Shown piece after piece: positions 39,564 to 53,289 of a stretch of 64,000 bases of DNA (position 1 is the stretch's first letter; every line of letters begins with the position of its first letter). Under the pieces are notes generated by a model. It saw nothing but the letters and a program-made list of their open reading frames with translations. It had not been told where the DNA came from and made no database searches. The DNA is taken from positions 22,878,001 through 22,942,000 of the forward strand of contig CM106586.1 in NCBI GenBank assembly GCA_048013815.1. The letters are read 5' to 3'. The translations under genes and the position numbers were made by a program. Source of the stretch: Setoptus koraiensis (lineage: Eukaryota > Animalia > Arthropoda).

Positions 39564-42500
39564 TCACCCTGTCTACTTTGATGTTTTCCCCTTGTATGAG
39601 TGTGTTTGTTTTTTTCTAGTGCATACAGAGTTTACAACTTATCTTGTTACTTTCTTGTAGTATTGGTATTATGATAATTTTTGTTGCCATCCCCCTCTAG
39701 TTTCGGCATGTGTTCAGTATGTATATTTGTGAGATCGAGAACATCATGCGGACCTTCAGCTTCAGGGATGTATTGCATAGACAAACAAGCGAACATATTC
39801 ATGCACAGAGACACGCACTGAGAACGACCATCAATTACCATCACTTACCTCAAAACTGTTTTTTGTTATGCTGTAGCTAGCTGACTAACTATCTGGTAGT
39901 ATATGTAAAGTTATTAATGTCCTTACAACACTGATAGTGCTGATATAGTTAGTGTGCCTACTAGTGTCACACCGACAACAGCACTTCTATTCCTGTTGTT
40001 TGTAATACTTGCATAACTGACCATGCAATTGGGGTTTCAACGCGGTGCGAAATGGAGGACATCTTGGCTAGGCTTGGCTCGTCTCATCGGCGGTATTGTT
40101 GTTGCCTCAACAATAGTGGTGTTAGATAAAGATATATATATATATATATATATGTTATGTAATGATATTATCGATTTTGAATTCAATGCCTTTCATTGTA
40201 TCTAGTGTTGTAATAACAACTGTTGCAATGTGTAATATTTTTAATGACAAGTTCAACCAAATGTTATACAATCAACTGTTGCCGTACAGCCGTTAGTAAA
40301 GTAGAGAACGAAACCAGAACTAGAATCGATCAATAACAGTGTGTGTGCGCTTATTTCATGGTTGGCAACAGCATGGACGCGGTAGAACAGTCGTTGGGCG
40401 AACGAATGAGTGAGAGTGTGTGAGGGAGAGAGACAACAACAAACGAGAACAAGAAGCAAACAAGGAACGAGCATTCAATTACTGTGTACAAAAGAAAACT
40501 CGGTCCGACGAGCAAATCGATCATCAATTGGACAAACTAGAATTCCCGTTGTTGAACAACAGTCGTCGTTATGAACACAGCACTGCTACAGAACAACCAC
40601 GCACTGCAAGCACACATAAATGTACGGGGAAATTCTCTCACCTGACGACTGACCAAAACGACGACGTCACTTGTGGCTGTTGCTCTGTCGACAAACCCAG
40701 AGATGCGTGTGTGTGCGAAAGCGCGCGTGAATTTCCCCCTCCTCTCTCTCTCTGCACAACAAGGCCGTTGGATTGTGCTTGGTCGAACGTTGCCGTTGAA
40801 CACCCCAAAACAACAGACAATCTCTCTATTTAGAGTAAAATCACAATTAACGGGTAACGATGGGGAAATTTTGAGCCAGGAAAAAGAGGGATCGCAGATG
40901 CAAAACTAACTTTCAATCTTCGTTTTATTTTATTATTCTTCTCTCATAATTTATTCATGCCGGTATGGAACTTTTGGATTATTTTTTCCGCGTTTTAGTT
41001 TCATAACACTATGGTGATCGTAGCCGGTGATCAAATCGGCATTACCAAATACTTCAATACATCGACTAGGTCATCCACCGCCGATGTATTCTATCTACAC
41101 AAGATCATGCAAAATTGCCTCATAATCTTGTCGGCAAAACCACGGGTTTATTCGGGGGAAGTTTGTTGTAGTGAGATAATGGATAATGCAAAATTAGTGC
41201 GAAAATTGTTCATATGCTGGCTTGTCGTGGCTGGGTGAGGTAACAGCAATGTTCTCATTTCTTTTCAGGCAGATAGTTGTGCCTAACTTTAGTAATTTCC
41301 TTTCGTCATATTATTTATTTGGCTAGAAACTCGACAGGTTCCATTATGCGGATGCAAGAAGCTCAATCACAAACCAATGAAGGTCGGCCGAGTATGCAAC
41401 AAACATTAAATCAAGACAGACTTGTACCAGCACTGAGGGAAGGAGGAGTGGGTTTCTTCGGCTCGTAACATCAAGATTACAGGTGTGTGTTTATTTTCGT
41501 CTAGTCAAGAAGCCAAAAAGTTTAACATGGTCGAAATGGTTATGTCTATTACGTTCAGATAGATTTACGCTTTCAAATACGGTAGGTACTACAGAAAAGA
41601 AATATTGAAGGCAATATTTTTAATTTGCGAGCAAGTTATCTGTCACTGTTACATTGTATGGAAAGGCTTGATCTTGAGGGTTGTCAATCTGTTATTATTC
41701 AGGCTTCCTTGCAAGTCAATCCAATATCAATTTCGAACTGTCCTTGATTGTATTGAGATCTTTTATTACTTACGCAATCAAACTACTGCTAATGCATAAA
41801 GGCCGGTATTGTTCACAGTGTGAACTCCCAATTTTGTTCAAGAAAGCTAACCATGCTCAAGAATAGAAACTGCGATTTTTTTCTTTTTCCGTAAATTTCC
41901 AAGCATCTCTCTCTAATCAAGAGAGATTATTTGAGAAGTGCGAACCTAGATGTTATGCGATGAGGCGATAGATACAAATAAAAGACGAGGAAAACGTAGA
42001 AATGCTGAAGATTATTCGAAAAAAAAACGAATGAGGCGAATTTTCTGACCAGTTTTCAGATGACAAATGAGGAATGAAGCAAAATCAAATAATTGAAACC
42101 ATCTCAACTATCTTTTTCGACAATTCACCTAGACAATCTTGATTCAAAAAAAATTTAACTAACTAATCGGTTCGCACAGTTCGAAGCGATCCTCGATAAA
42201 ATGTCGAAGAATTAAGTTGCATGCTGAGGAACACGAGTTCACCACGACAACCGCCGCGCAGGGTTGCGCAATGCGCATGTCGTTATTTTGCATCCATGAT
42301 GTAGATCCAAACGGCAGTATTTTTACTTTGTGGCTGTGTACATTTTTTTATAAAACTGCTGTTGATATCGATTCGTTCTACAATCATTTCTTTCCGATTA
42401 CATTATTATCGTTATTAAAATCGACAGTTATCATGGATGACATCAACATTGTTACTACATCGGCATTATTATGTCTAGAATGTTGACAGAATTAAAATTC

Positions 42501-42777
42501 TTATCAATCGACATATCAGGACTACCACCGATTCAAATAAGATTTAGAACTGAATATTATCTCTTATTCAATTGTCGATAAAAGCGTTAGGCACTGCCTC
42601 GTAACAAAGCATTAAAATAATAACACGGTGGACAGTCATGTTCACTATCAATGGCATATCACCTAAATCGACCTCTATAAAACTCATCTACTACTGATTG
42701 AAAATACCATACTGTCTGGTTGGCATTTTTATTTATTGAGATTCATCTATTTAGTTGGTAGAGCACGAAAAGCCACA

Positions 42778-44515
42778 ATGGAATCGGAGGCCCCTAGTTC
42801 AGTGCCCAAAATGTCGGGATTGGTAAGTTTCGTGTTAAGTTTGGAGAATTTCAGAGAATTTGAGATCGATATTGCACCTGCTCATTGATGAATGACGTGC
42901 TTTTTTTTCTATATCTTTCTTCTAGGTCGGCATGATCTATCTATTTAATTTGATAGTGGGCACTGGAGCGCTAACATTGCCATCAGCGTTTGCTGATTGT
43001 GGTTGGTTAGTGAGTACAATAGTCATTACTCTAATCTGTTTCACTAGCTATATGACTGCTACATTCGTAATCGAGTGCATGTCCATAGCGAATGCTTTGA
43101 CAAAAGTCTCCAAGAGACGCCTCGTAAAGACAGACTTTATGGCTGATATTGACGTTGACGATGGTAGCCGACAAATGGTAACTGGATTCCTGAATGAAAA
43201 CGATCCTCTACTAGAGGACGATGCCACTCAAAGACTACAAGAATCTCAAACAATAGCTGCAAGAAATTCTAGTCAACAAGCTGAAGATGAACGACGCGAT
43301 CTGTTCGAGCTTACTCAAGTCATCGAATGCGGTCGACTAGCTAAACTTTTCTTCAAGAGAAAGGGTGCGACATTCTTCTACATATGTTTGTGCATTTATC
43401 TATATGGCGATATCACAATATACTCTGTAGCCATCTCGAAATCTATCAGAGATGTGATTTGCGCACAACCTTCTCAACAGAATGCGACACATGGATTAGT
43501 TCTACAACCGTCAGCAACTAATTTATCATCCGGAACAATATTTGATCTTCTAGCAGACAAGCAAGAATCTGCATGTTGGCCAGATTCAAGTGGAAGTCAA
43601 TCTCAATATACCAGAAACTTCATTTACAGAGCCAGCGTCTTTGCTGTTCTTTTCGGCTGTGGACCATTTGTCTTCTTTAACGTTCAAAAAACCAAATACC
43701 TACAGATATTCACATCAATTTATCGTTGGTTCGCATTCCTTACTATGATCATCTTAGCCTCGGTAGCACTAGCTACAGGAAAGGCTAAAGGCACTCCAAA
43801 ACTGTCAAATATCGACGGAATACCCAGTTTATTTGGTGTCTCCGTATATGCCTTCATGTGTCATCATTCCATCCCCTCATTGATAACACCAATCAAAAAC
43901 AAGGCTAATATCTATAGAATGATCCTGATAGATTACATCTTGATACTCTCATTTTATTTATTATTATCTCTGACTGGAGTATTCACTTTTGAGCACGTCA
44001 AGGATGTTTATACGTTAAACTTTTTACCCGACACAGGCGTAAACAGTAGCTCACACGCAAGCCCAATAGAATCTGTACCGATATTACAATACATTCTTCC
44101 TGTATTCCCTATATTTGTGTTGGCAACGAATTTCCCCATCATCGCCATCACATTGACAAATAACCTCAGAACACTATTCTCGTCAATAAGTAACACAAGT
44201 GGTCCTAGATCATTCACCAGCCGTGTTATAGTCCCATTGATCGCTATAACACCGCCAATTATATTATCGATATTCTTACAAGATTTGGAAAAAATAATGG
44301 GTGTTGTAGGATCCTACTCAGGATTAGCTATTCAATGGATGATACCAGCTTTGATGGTTCGTTATGCAAGAAAACATGTCTATTCCGAAAAAGCAAGGGG
44401 AAGAAACTTCCTCTCTTCACCGTTTAGATCGAATGTATGGACTCATCTTGTAGTCATATGGACTACGCTTTGTTTGATATTCGTAACTATGGATCATTTG
44501 AAAAATTACTTCTAA
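42778..44515 (+). CDS. TMEM104: TMEM104-like amino-acid transporter family membrane protein; exons 42778-42822, 42926-44515 (544 aa)
   Basis: VGMIYLFNLIVGTGALTLPSAFA..GWLVS..FVIECM..ANA, YAFMCHHSIPSL and multiple TM helices. Phase-0 intron 42823-42925. Confidence 0.9.
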
Positions 44516-44739
44516 ACTCTAAGAAACTAATAAATCAATGTGACTGATATTCTGGAAAAATCTGTGGATTAAATCTGATCATTTAAATAACACTCTTGAT
44601 ACTCATTTCGAAAAGCCTATGCTGATAGGATGTGCTCGTCGGCTTAAAAGTAAATTCAAACAATCAGTATAGTAGATACAGATCTAAGTGTTCGGTTCCA
44701 AATCAGTAACAAATAAATTCTATTTGGAATTGTTGATAT

Positions 44740-46494
44740 TTAGGCTTCTACAATTAGACGTTCATAATGAGTCATTATTTCTGTTTCTGGAAGATGTAGC
44801 GAAAATCCTAATGCAACTATCACTCCGAATTCCATTGTAATAAGGTCTTTTCGTTTCAATCTAAAACTAGTTTCAATATCCTCTATCAATGATTTCAATG
44901 TCGGTCCTTTGACGTCATTCAATTTCGAGGATATGAGTAATGATGCTCCTGCACAAAGTTTTCTATTTTGTTTGTTAATCAAATGTTTTAAACATAGTTT
45001 CTCAAAGTAGACATAAGATTGAGCTATTATGAGATAATCTAACTGGTGATCGATGCGCCCAATCTTATACATTTCTCGTTTCAAGCTCCTCAGTTTACTC
45101 AAAGTCAATTGCATTTGAGGGAATCGTTCACGGAACTTCTCATTCAACTCTTTCTTCATGTCAGATGGTCTAACATAATCTATTATTGATGTTATGTAAG
45201 ACGAGAATGCTAGTATCGTACTATGCTTGCCAGCAATTAATTCTGGGTCATCCAGAAGATTGGCATGATAATCAGACTGGTGGCGTTGTGAACACAAGGC
45301 CAAGTTGTTGAAGTTGTTGTTGTCTATTGTTGGAGCTTGCCCGATGGCAACTTTCTTATAGCATCCACAATTATAAATTGACTGACTGGCTGATAATGGT
45401 AAATAATGTGACTGTGGCCTCAACGCTATATGATAGGCGTCTTGCGCTTTGTGAAAACTGTAACAGTTCTCATTGAGTTCCTCTTTTATAGTATCAACAA
45501 TAGGATAGGGACCACTTAAACCCGTGAGAGCACGATTTGTGTTGACACCGCCAGTAAATATTTGCCTGTAAGATATATCTTGGGATCCTGGTCGTTCAAG
45601 ACCCATTATTGCAAACAGGTCACTAGGGTCGTAATCCGTTCCTCGATCAGAACTTGTAGCTAAAGACTGGAAATTTTTTGTTGAAGAACCACCAGTGTTT
45701 CCTCTTCTAGATTCATAACGAGTGGGGTCTTTTGAAAATTTAGTTCGACTCAAAGATGAAAAAACAGCTACCGGGGCTCGTTTTCCCATGACAAGAACTA
45801 TACGTTTGTCGCGAATCTTCTCTCTAGCTTTTGTCTGATCATCTACCAGCTTACTATTGATTGAACCAACTGAGACGGATTAAATGCAAAAATATGTAAT
45901 GTAAAAATTTAATATACGAGAAAAAAATATTTATGTTTTGTCATTAGAGTTAAGTCCACTCACCAATACTTTCAGAACTGCCGTAGTTCTTGCTTGATTT
46001 TCTACTGCTGAATGAAGACAATCTTGATCTTCTTTCGCCATCTCGAGACAGTAGACTTTTACCTCTAGTTCTCTTAATAACATCCTGATTAGTTCTGTTG
46101 TACAAAGGTTCAGACACTAGCTCGTCAGAATTTTTACTGCTTGAAGAATCTGCTGAATGAAAATGGTTGTAACAAGAGTTACATATTCCAAGAGACCGGG
46201 TATGGATCAATAATAATGTCATCCGCTTTTCTGTCTTAAAGATAAATAGTTTCACAATGATTACTCACCTGAATCTCGGCTTTTGTCAGAGCCATTCGGT
46301 TCACAAGGATGCCTTCTTTTATTGCCTCTCACATTCTTGTGTTTGTCCTTATTTGCTGCTATGCTATTGTCATCACATCCAATTATTGGGCCCAATTTTG
46401 TATCTCTGTATGAGCCATCCAGGGAAATATTTGTTAGGAATGCTATCGCAGCTAGGCGCCTTCGAGCTCTTTGTCTTCGTAAAATTTGTGCCAT
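44740..46494 (-). CDS. CABLES1: CDK5 and ABL1 enzyme substrate (Cables); exons 46494-46269, 46152-45964, 45869-44740 (514 aa)
   Basis: N-terminal RRRLAAIAFLTNISLDG and C-terminal cyclin-like LLDDPELIAGKH..KKELNEKFRERFPQMQLTLSKLRSLKREM. Both introns are phase 1-1; total 1545 nt. The exon 2 acceptor is a NAGNAG (46152 or 46149). Confidence 0.9.
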
Positions 46495-47813
46495 CCAACT
46501 ATAGAGAGCCTGATGATCTCCCTGACTATCCCTTTAGAAATCGATTGATTTTGTAAGTTATACTCCGAGATATCTATCTGTAAGTAAATAATGTGAATCT
46601 CTGTGTCTGGGTAGGCAATAAGATGGAAAATATTTTAAAATTCTTCTGATTTTTCTTCAAACAATAGATATGGATATCTGCAAAAAAACCTTTCTGTTAT
46701 ACCGCTGTTTTTTACAACAAATTATTAAAATGTAGACGCATGATTCTCCAGATAGTAAAGCTTCTAGCACAGTGAAATGCGGTCATATCTATGAGCGCGC
46801 GTATAGGGTCAATATCTGAGATATCGAATATTCGATTTTCGAATATTTTGAAAATATTGTTGTCACACGTTCACCTACTGTGAGTGGAATTCAACTTCTG
46901 CAGTGTGCACTAGAATAGAACAGATGTTGAGAATAAGCTCTGAACATGCTCCATCTCAAAACTGTGCCACCATAGATACTTTGCTCTTACAACTCTTGTT
47001 AGATTAGATTGTACTTGATTTGAAATAAATAAACAACTGGATTCAACAACAGATAGATTAACTATCATAGATGAGGCCCAGTTGATGTTGGTGTATCTTT
47101 GTGTTTTGTTCGTTTTGATTCAAGTGGATCAATTGTGATCTAGGTCAAAAATATCTAGCAGAGATAACAGTTGTTGGGGCCGAAAGATAGAATAACACTC
47201 ATCATCATGGTCAATCAAGCGTGAAAACTGTCCTGAGAGCTAGATTGCTGTATCTATTTGCATTTGCCTATCAGGTGATTTGTAGTTCCGTCAACTTCAA
47301 CACTGCTTTAGGACCAGTCGACACTAGTTTAGTAATTAAGTCTTATGTGTGATTAAGTTAATCAGAGAGTAAGCTGAAGCGCTCGCTCATAAATATCATA
47401 TCCTTCAACAAATAAGTGGAATCTGTGCACAAAGTCATATGTTTCAGCAAAATAAAGAATTGACTGAACTGACGCACTTAGACCAGTCAATTTTTTGTGA
47501 CGACGAAATGAATTTATTATTATTATCCCAATCAAATCCATAAAAATTGTTATTATATTAGATCTACCATTTATAATTTGAGTTTTGCGTCAATCTATTG
47601 TTAAATCTTTGTTTATCTCTGGTGTATCGCAATCGATTTGATTCATCAATGATCTTTTTGATATTCATGGAAAGAAATATTAATCGTTGAGGAATCGAAT
47701 GATAATGATCTCACCTGAAAAGATCAACAGCAATAAGATAAAAAATGAATGTGGCCATTCATAAAAATTAGCAATATATTGATTGATTATAACCAAAACA
47801 ACAAAGGATAAAC

Positions 47814-50800
47814 ATGGCCAGTAATCAAAATCAATCTACAGACTCTCCTGTGAGAATTTACGGATGCAATGAATCTAATCATGTTAGTAATTATGTACAA
47901 ACAAAACATCTCTTCTTTGCACATCTAAACTTTATCCATTTATGATTAACGAGTTGGTATACTATCGATCACAAACTCTGAATCACAGGAACTAGAGTTT
48001 AGGCTTTTACGCCTTAGAGTCATAGCAGGTCACAAATTAGCCAAGAAAGATATATTCGGAGCCAGCGATCCTTACGTAAAGTAAGCTTGAATACCCACCA
48101 TCCTCCGAGTTCGACCCATCTTGTTTTACCTCGATGATCTAATAAATCAAAAATGTCTCCAAATGTCTAATGCACCCTCATCGTGGTGATACAGGATAGA
48201 TCTGATCAACTCCCAGGATAACTCTGTGATTGATTCCATTTACACAAAGACAAAGAAACGAGTAAGCTGACTTTCATAACTCTCTATCAATGGCGCACCA
48301 CAATAGTTACTATACATTATTACTCACACTCATATGCAATACTCATTCTCATCAATATTTGTGTCGAATTGATTTGCCATGCGTAGACATTGAACCCTGT
48401 CTGGGATGAGGAATTTATTCTCAGGTATGTCGGACGAATGATGTTTTTTAATGCTAATACAGTAAATAGCTTTACCTACGGACTGACAGTATATGTTTAT
48501 CACTCCTATTTCCCTATCCCAACAATAGAATTGTACCTGATAAGCACCATCTTGCCTTGGAAGTTTACGACGAAAATAAAGTAACTCGTGATGATTTTCT
48601 TGGATTGGTAGAACTACCTCTAGTAAATATACCATCAGAAAGAACACACAAAACAATCAGCCATAGATATTACATACTCAGGCCAAGATCGTCAAAATCA
48701 AAAGTCAAAGGGCATTTGCAATTATACCATGCTTATATTATACCTAACGATCGAGATTTAATTGAAAATTCATCGATGATTGAGACTGAGCCTGGATGGG
48801 AATTGGTGGAGTCGGAAAATTCTAATGGTCAACAAAATATAGATACTCCTTTGCTAGGCGCAAGAATTAGCAGTATAAGTAACTCTCGATCTTTCGATGA
48901 GTCCAACACCAATCAACTTAGCTTACCTGAAGGTTGGGAAGAGCGTCAGGACGCCAACGGGAGGATTTACTATGTGAATCATATTGCTCGGACGACACAT
49001 TGGGAACGTCCTACAATAAATGCTAACCAAGATACTTCACAAGAGACTGAGCGTAGAAGAGATGCAAACATGGCTCACGCTGTCGACTTTTTTAGTCGCA
49101 TGCACATAGGTAGTGACCAAGACACTCTAGATGCATTCCCAAACCTGGATCAAAACTGTGCAGCAAATCATGCATCGGTCTCAAATACTATTGGTGCAAA
49201 TAGTTCAGGCCTGCCAAAATTAGAAGACATTAACCATAAAGATTCAGTTACTGTGATATCGAGTGATTCAATCGGCGAATCTGGAATAGATGTTGAAGGA
49301 GCAGGATCCGCGGAACAAGGAGATGGTAGCGAAAACAACGAATCAGCTACAGCTCCATCCAATTCTACTGAAGCCCCCAGCGGTCAAGTGCCCCAAGCCG
49401 ATACTATAGATTCCGCATCTACACTTGATGCGTTTACTGGCAACTCTTCGACTCAATTGGCAACAACAGTATCCAGAAAATCTCTTTCCAGCACAGAGCC
49501 TGCTATGCCCGAAGGGTGGTCCATGCAAATAGCCCCGAACGGACGTGTATTCTTTATCGATCATTGCAGCAAAACGACGACTTGGTACGACCCAAGAACT
49601 GGTAAACCTAGTCATGTTCCTAAGCAGGAAGATATACCAAATAGGCCTAGAAACACTTATGTAGACGACTTAGGTCCTCTCCCAGATGGATGGGAAGAGC
49701 GAGTTCACTCTGATGGAAGGATATTCTTCATAGACCACAACAATAAGACTACTCAATGGGAAGATCCTAGACTAAACAATCCAAATATTGCCGGGCAGGC
49801 TGTTCCTTACTCCAGAGATTATAGAAGAAAATATGAATATCTACAAATGAAATTACCAAGGCCAACTTCCGTCCCAACCAAATTAGAGATAAAGATATCC
49901 CGCAGCAATATCTTCGAAGATTCTTACAGAACAATATCCAGTGTTTCTAGGTGTGAATTGCTACGCACTAAGTTATGGATCGAGTTTGATGGAGAAGAAG
50001 TTCTAGACTACGGAGGTGCTTCTCGAGAATGGTTTTACTTATTATCGAAAGAAATGTTCAATCCTTACTATGGTCTTTTTGAGTACTCTGCTGCTGATAA
50101 CTATACACTCCAAATCAATCCATGCTCCGGTCTATGTAATGAAGATCATCTATCGTATTTAAAATTCATTGGACGCGTGGCGGCCATGGCAGTTTATCAT
50201 GGCAAGTTGCTGGATGCATTCTTCATCCGACCATTTTATAAAATGATGTTGAAAAAACCTATCCAATTGAAAGATATGGAAAGTGTCGACATGGAATATT
50301 ACAATTCACTTCGTTGGATCATGGAGAATGACCCAAAAGAACTTGATTTATACTTCACAGTCGATGAAGATTTTCTTGGTCAAATGCAACAAAGGGATCT
50401 AAAACCAAACGGATCTGAGCTACCTGTCACGAATGATAACAAGCAAGAATACATTGAGTAAGTTATTTACTACCGTTCTTGTTCTTTTGGAACTCTCGAC
50501 TCTAATTTCAAATTTCAATCTTTAATCAAAATCATATTTCATAACTTTAACCAATTATCGAAAATTAGCCTGGTAATAGAATGGAGATTCGTCTCTAGAG
50601 TGCAACAACAAATGAGTGCTTTCTTGGAGGGATTCGACGAAGTTCTACCTTTGAATCTAATTAAGGTTTTCGATGAAAATGAATTGGAGCTACTCATGTG
50701 TGGCATAGGAGAGATTGACGTTCGTGATTGGAAGAGACATACTGTCTACAAAAGTGGATACCACGCCAATCACATAGTTATACAATGGTTTTGGCGTGTT

Positions 50801-51070
50801 GTCCTCTCTTTCAGCAATGAGATGAGATCACGATTGTTGCAATTCGTCACAGGAACTTCAAGAGTGCCCATGAATGGATTCAAAGAGCTGTATGGTTCCA
50901 ATGGTCTACAATCGTTCACGATAGAGAGATGGGGAACGCCGGAAAACTTGCCTAGATCACACACATGTTTTAACAGAATCGACCTACCTTCATACGAGAC
51001 ATATCAAGATTTGCGTAGCAAGCTAATCAAGGCTATTGAAGGTTCGGAATCTTTCTCTGGAGTCGACTAG
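47814..51070 (+). CDS. NEDD4: Nedd4 HECT E3 ligase (C2, three WW, HECT); exons 47814-47882, 47989-48080, 48195-48261, 48387-48424, 48529-50457, 50569-51070 (898 aa)
   Basis: The spliced C2 reads [48 protein letters not shown]. Three WW domains follow, then a HECT with [14 protein letters not shown]. All five introns are GT-AG with consistent phases. Confidence 0.94.
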
Positions 51071-51314
51071 TCTTGAAAATTATAATAAAATGTTCACTCA
51101 GCATCCGCCTGAGTTTTCTTTTTTCAACTAGCAGCCCGTTGTGGTGATGCCTTTTTATTTTCTTATAATTAAGTGTGAGTCTTTGTGCTTAAACTTTGCT
51201 TGTATGTTTGATGTTGATGTATGTGTGTTTTGTTTTGCTTTTGAAATTGTGGTGTGATCTATAAGCTTTGTTTTTGTTTTATTCGTGCTTCCCAAAAAAC
51301 GTTGGAAGTTTGAA

Positions 51315-51893
51315 TTAAAGTAAATTACATTTGCCTCTTTTCTTCCTTTTGACCGCCAAGGATGCCCTTGTGGCTGTCTCGAAAACCTCTCTAACACCAT
51401 CTTTTGTCTTAGCTGAACACTCCAGATATCCATAAGCGTTAATCTTCTCAGCAATCGCACGTCCCTCCTCTGTAGTGACTGGCTTTTGTTTCATTTTGGC
51501 CAATTCATTAATTGTATTAGTATCTTCCCTAAGATCTTTTTTGTTACCCACTAAAATAATTGGTACATTTGGACAAAAGTGTCTAACTTCTGGCGTCCAT
51601 TTTTCTGGTACGTTCTCTAACGAGTCAGGGCTGTCTATGGAGAAGCACATTAGTATGACATCTGTGTCTGGGTATGACAATGGCCGTAACCTGTCGTAGT
51701 CCTCTTGTCCAGCTGTGTCCCATAATGCTAGCTCTACCTGTCTGCTATCGACCTCTATATCTGCAACATAATTTTCAAACACAGTAGGTACATATACTTC
51801 TGGAAATTGATCCTTGCTAAATACAATAAGGAGGCATGTTTTACCACAGGCACCGTCTCCTACAATGACAAGCTTTTTGCGTATGGCTGCCAT
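51315..51893 (-). CDS. Rho1: Rho1/RhoA GTPase, copy A, intronless, 192 aa
   Basis: [60 protein letters not shown]..; polybasic region plus CAAX (CNLL). Confidence 0.98.
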   Translation of the reverse strand: MAAIRKKLVIVGDGACGKTCLLIVFSKDQFPEVYVPTVFENYVADIEVDSRQVELALWDTAGQEDYDRLRPLSYPDTDVILMCFSIDSPDSLENVPEKWTPEVRHFCPNVPIILVGNKKDLREDTNTINELAKMKQKPVTTEEGRAIAEKINAYGYLECSAKTKDGVREVFETATRASLAVKRKKRGKCNLL

Positions 51894-52389
51894 GGCTGTT
51901 CAGTATTTTTAATGATACAATAATGTTAATAATAATGATGATTTTGTAGATATATATTTGTATAAATAGATAAAGGGTGACCGCAAAAATAATTTTTATT
52001 TGAACTGAAAAGGCTGTGTCAGCTTCCATAGTACATTTTCTATGGGGTGGATTTCGACTTCGCCGATGCACTGTGGAAGCTAGCCTAAAATCGGGTGTGC
52101 TGCACGATTGTGCGCAGATAGCGGTGCGGTTCTAGCGCGCTATCTCCCGTATTGGGAGCAGCACAATCGTGCAGCACAATTGTGCAGCACACATTTGACG
52201 CAAGTTCCACAGTGCATCGGCGAAGTCGAAATCCATTCCATAGAGAATGCACCGTGGAAGCTGACACAGCCTTTTTAGTTCAAATAAAAATTATTTTTGC
52301 GGTCACCCTTTATCTATTTATACAAATATATATCTACAAAATCATCATTATTATTAACATTATTGTATCATTAAAAATACTGAACAGCC

Positions 52390-52968
52390 ATGGCAGCCAT
52401 ACGCAAAAAGCTTGTCATTGTAGGAGACGGTGCCTGTGGTAAAACATGCCTCCTTATTGTATTTAGCAAGGATCAATTTCCAGAAGTATATGTACCTACT
52501 GTGTTTGAAAATTATGTTGCAGATATAGAGGTCGATAGCAGACAGGTAGAGCTAGCATTATGGGACACAGCTGGACAAGAGGACTACGACAGGTTACGGC
52601 CATTGTCATACCCAGACACAGATGTCATACTAATGTGCTTCTCCATAGACAGCCCTGACTCGTTAGAGAACGTACCAGAAAAATGGACGCCAGAAGTTAG
52701 ACACTTTTGTCCAAATGTACCAATTATTTTAGTGGGTAACAAAAAAGATCTTAGGGAAGATACTAATACAATTAATGAATTGGCCAAAATGAAACAAAAG
52801 CCAGTCACTACAGAGGAGGGACGTGCGATTGCTGAGAAGATTAACGCTTATGGATATCTGGAGTGTTCAGCTAAGACAAAAGATGGTGTTAGAGAGGTTT
52901 TCGAGACAGCCACAAGGGCATCCTTGGCGGTCAAAAGGAAGAAAAGAGGCAAATGTAATTTACTTTAA
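52390..52968 (+). CDS. Rho1: Rho1/RhoA GTPase, copy B, identical protein
   Basis: Same 192-aa translation as 51315-51893, on the opposite strand. Confidence 0.98.
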   Translation: MAAIRKKLVIVGDGACGKTCLLIVFSKDQFPEVYVPTVFENYVADIEVDSRQVELALWDTAGQEDYDRLRPLSYPDTDVILMCFSIDSPDSLENVPEKWTPEVRHFCPNVPIILVGNKKDLREDTNTINELAKMKQKPVTTEEGRAIAEKINAYGYLECSAKTKDGVREVFETATRASLAVKRKKRGKCNLL

Positions 52969-53289
52969 TTCAAACTTCCAACGTTTTTTGGGAAGCACGA
53001 ATAAAACAAAAACAAAGCTTATAGATCACACCACAATTTCAAAAGCAAAACAAAACACACATACATCAACATCAAACATACAAGCAAAGTTTAAGCACAA
53101 AGACTCACACTTAATTATAAGAAAATAAAAAGGCATCACCACAACGGGCTGCTAGTTGAAAAAAAAAAGAAATTTCAATTGCAGTAGAATGCGACAGAAG
53201 TGCGAAAACATTTTATCATTAAAAAACTTTTTCAAAGAATTTACAGATATTCATTAATTACACCCTGTGCTATCTGAATAAATAATGCT

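Larger units (their letters stand above)
51119..53164. repeat. Large inverted repeat: arms 51119-52078 and 52205-53164 (960 bp each), 126-bp spacer
   Basis: Equivalent positions always sum to 104283, so there are no indels. Both Rho ORFs and two off-frame ORFs translate identically. Seven substitutions were found, all within 52007-52047. Confidence 0.97.

Noticed and set aside
38000-42700. Isolated splice-like signals and short ORFs between PLC-gamma and TMEM104, including an LRR-like MERLDLEGC near 41660
   Set aside because: I could not chain them into a phase-consistent gene, and the similarities are too short.
47103-47125. TTTGTTCGTT, resembling the 5' end of miR-375
   Set aside because: The 3' half diverges and I saw no complementary arm.
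51155-53128. Paired identical 101-aa and 74-aa ORFs
   Set aside because: Off-frame or antisense shadows of the duplicated Rho1; used only as evidence of arm identity.
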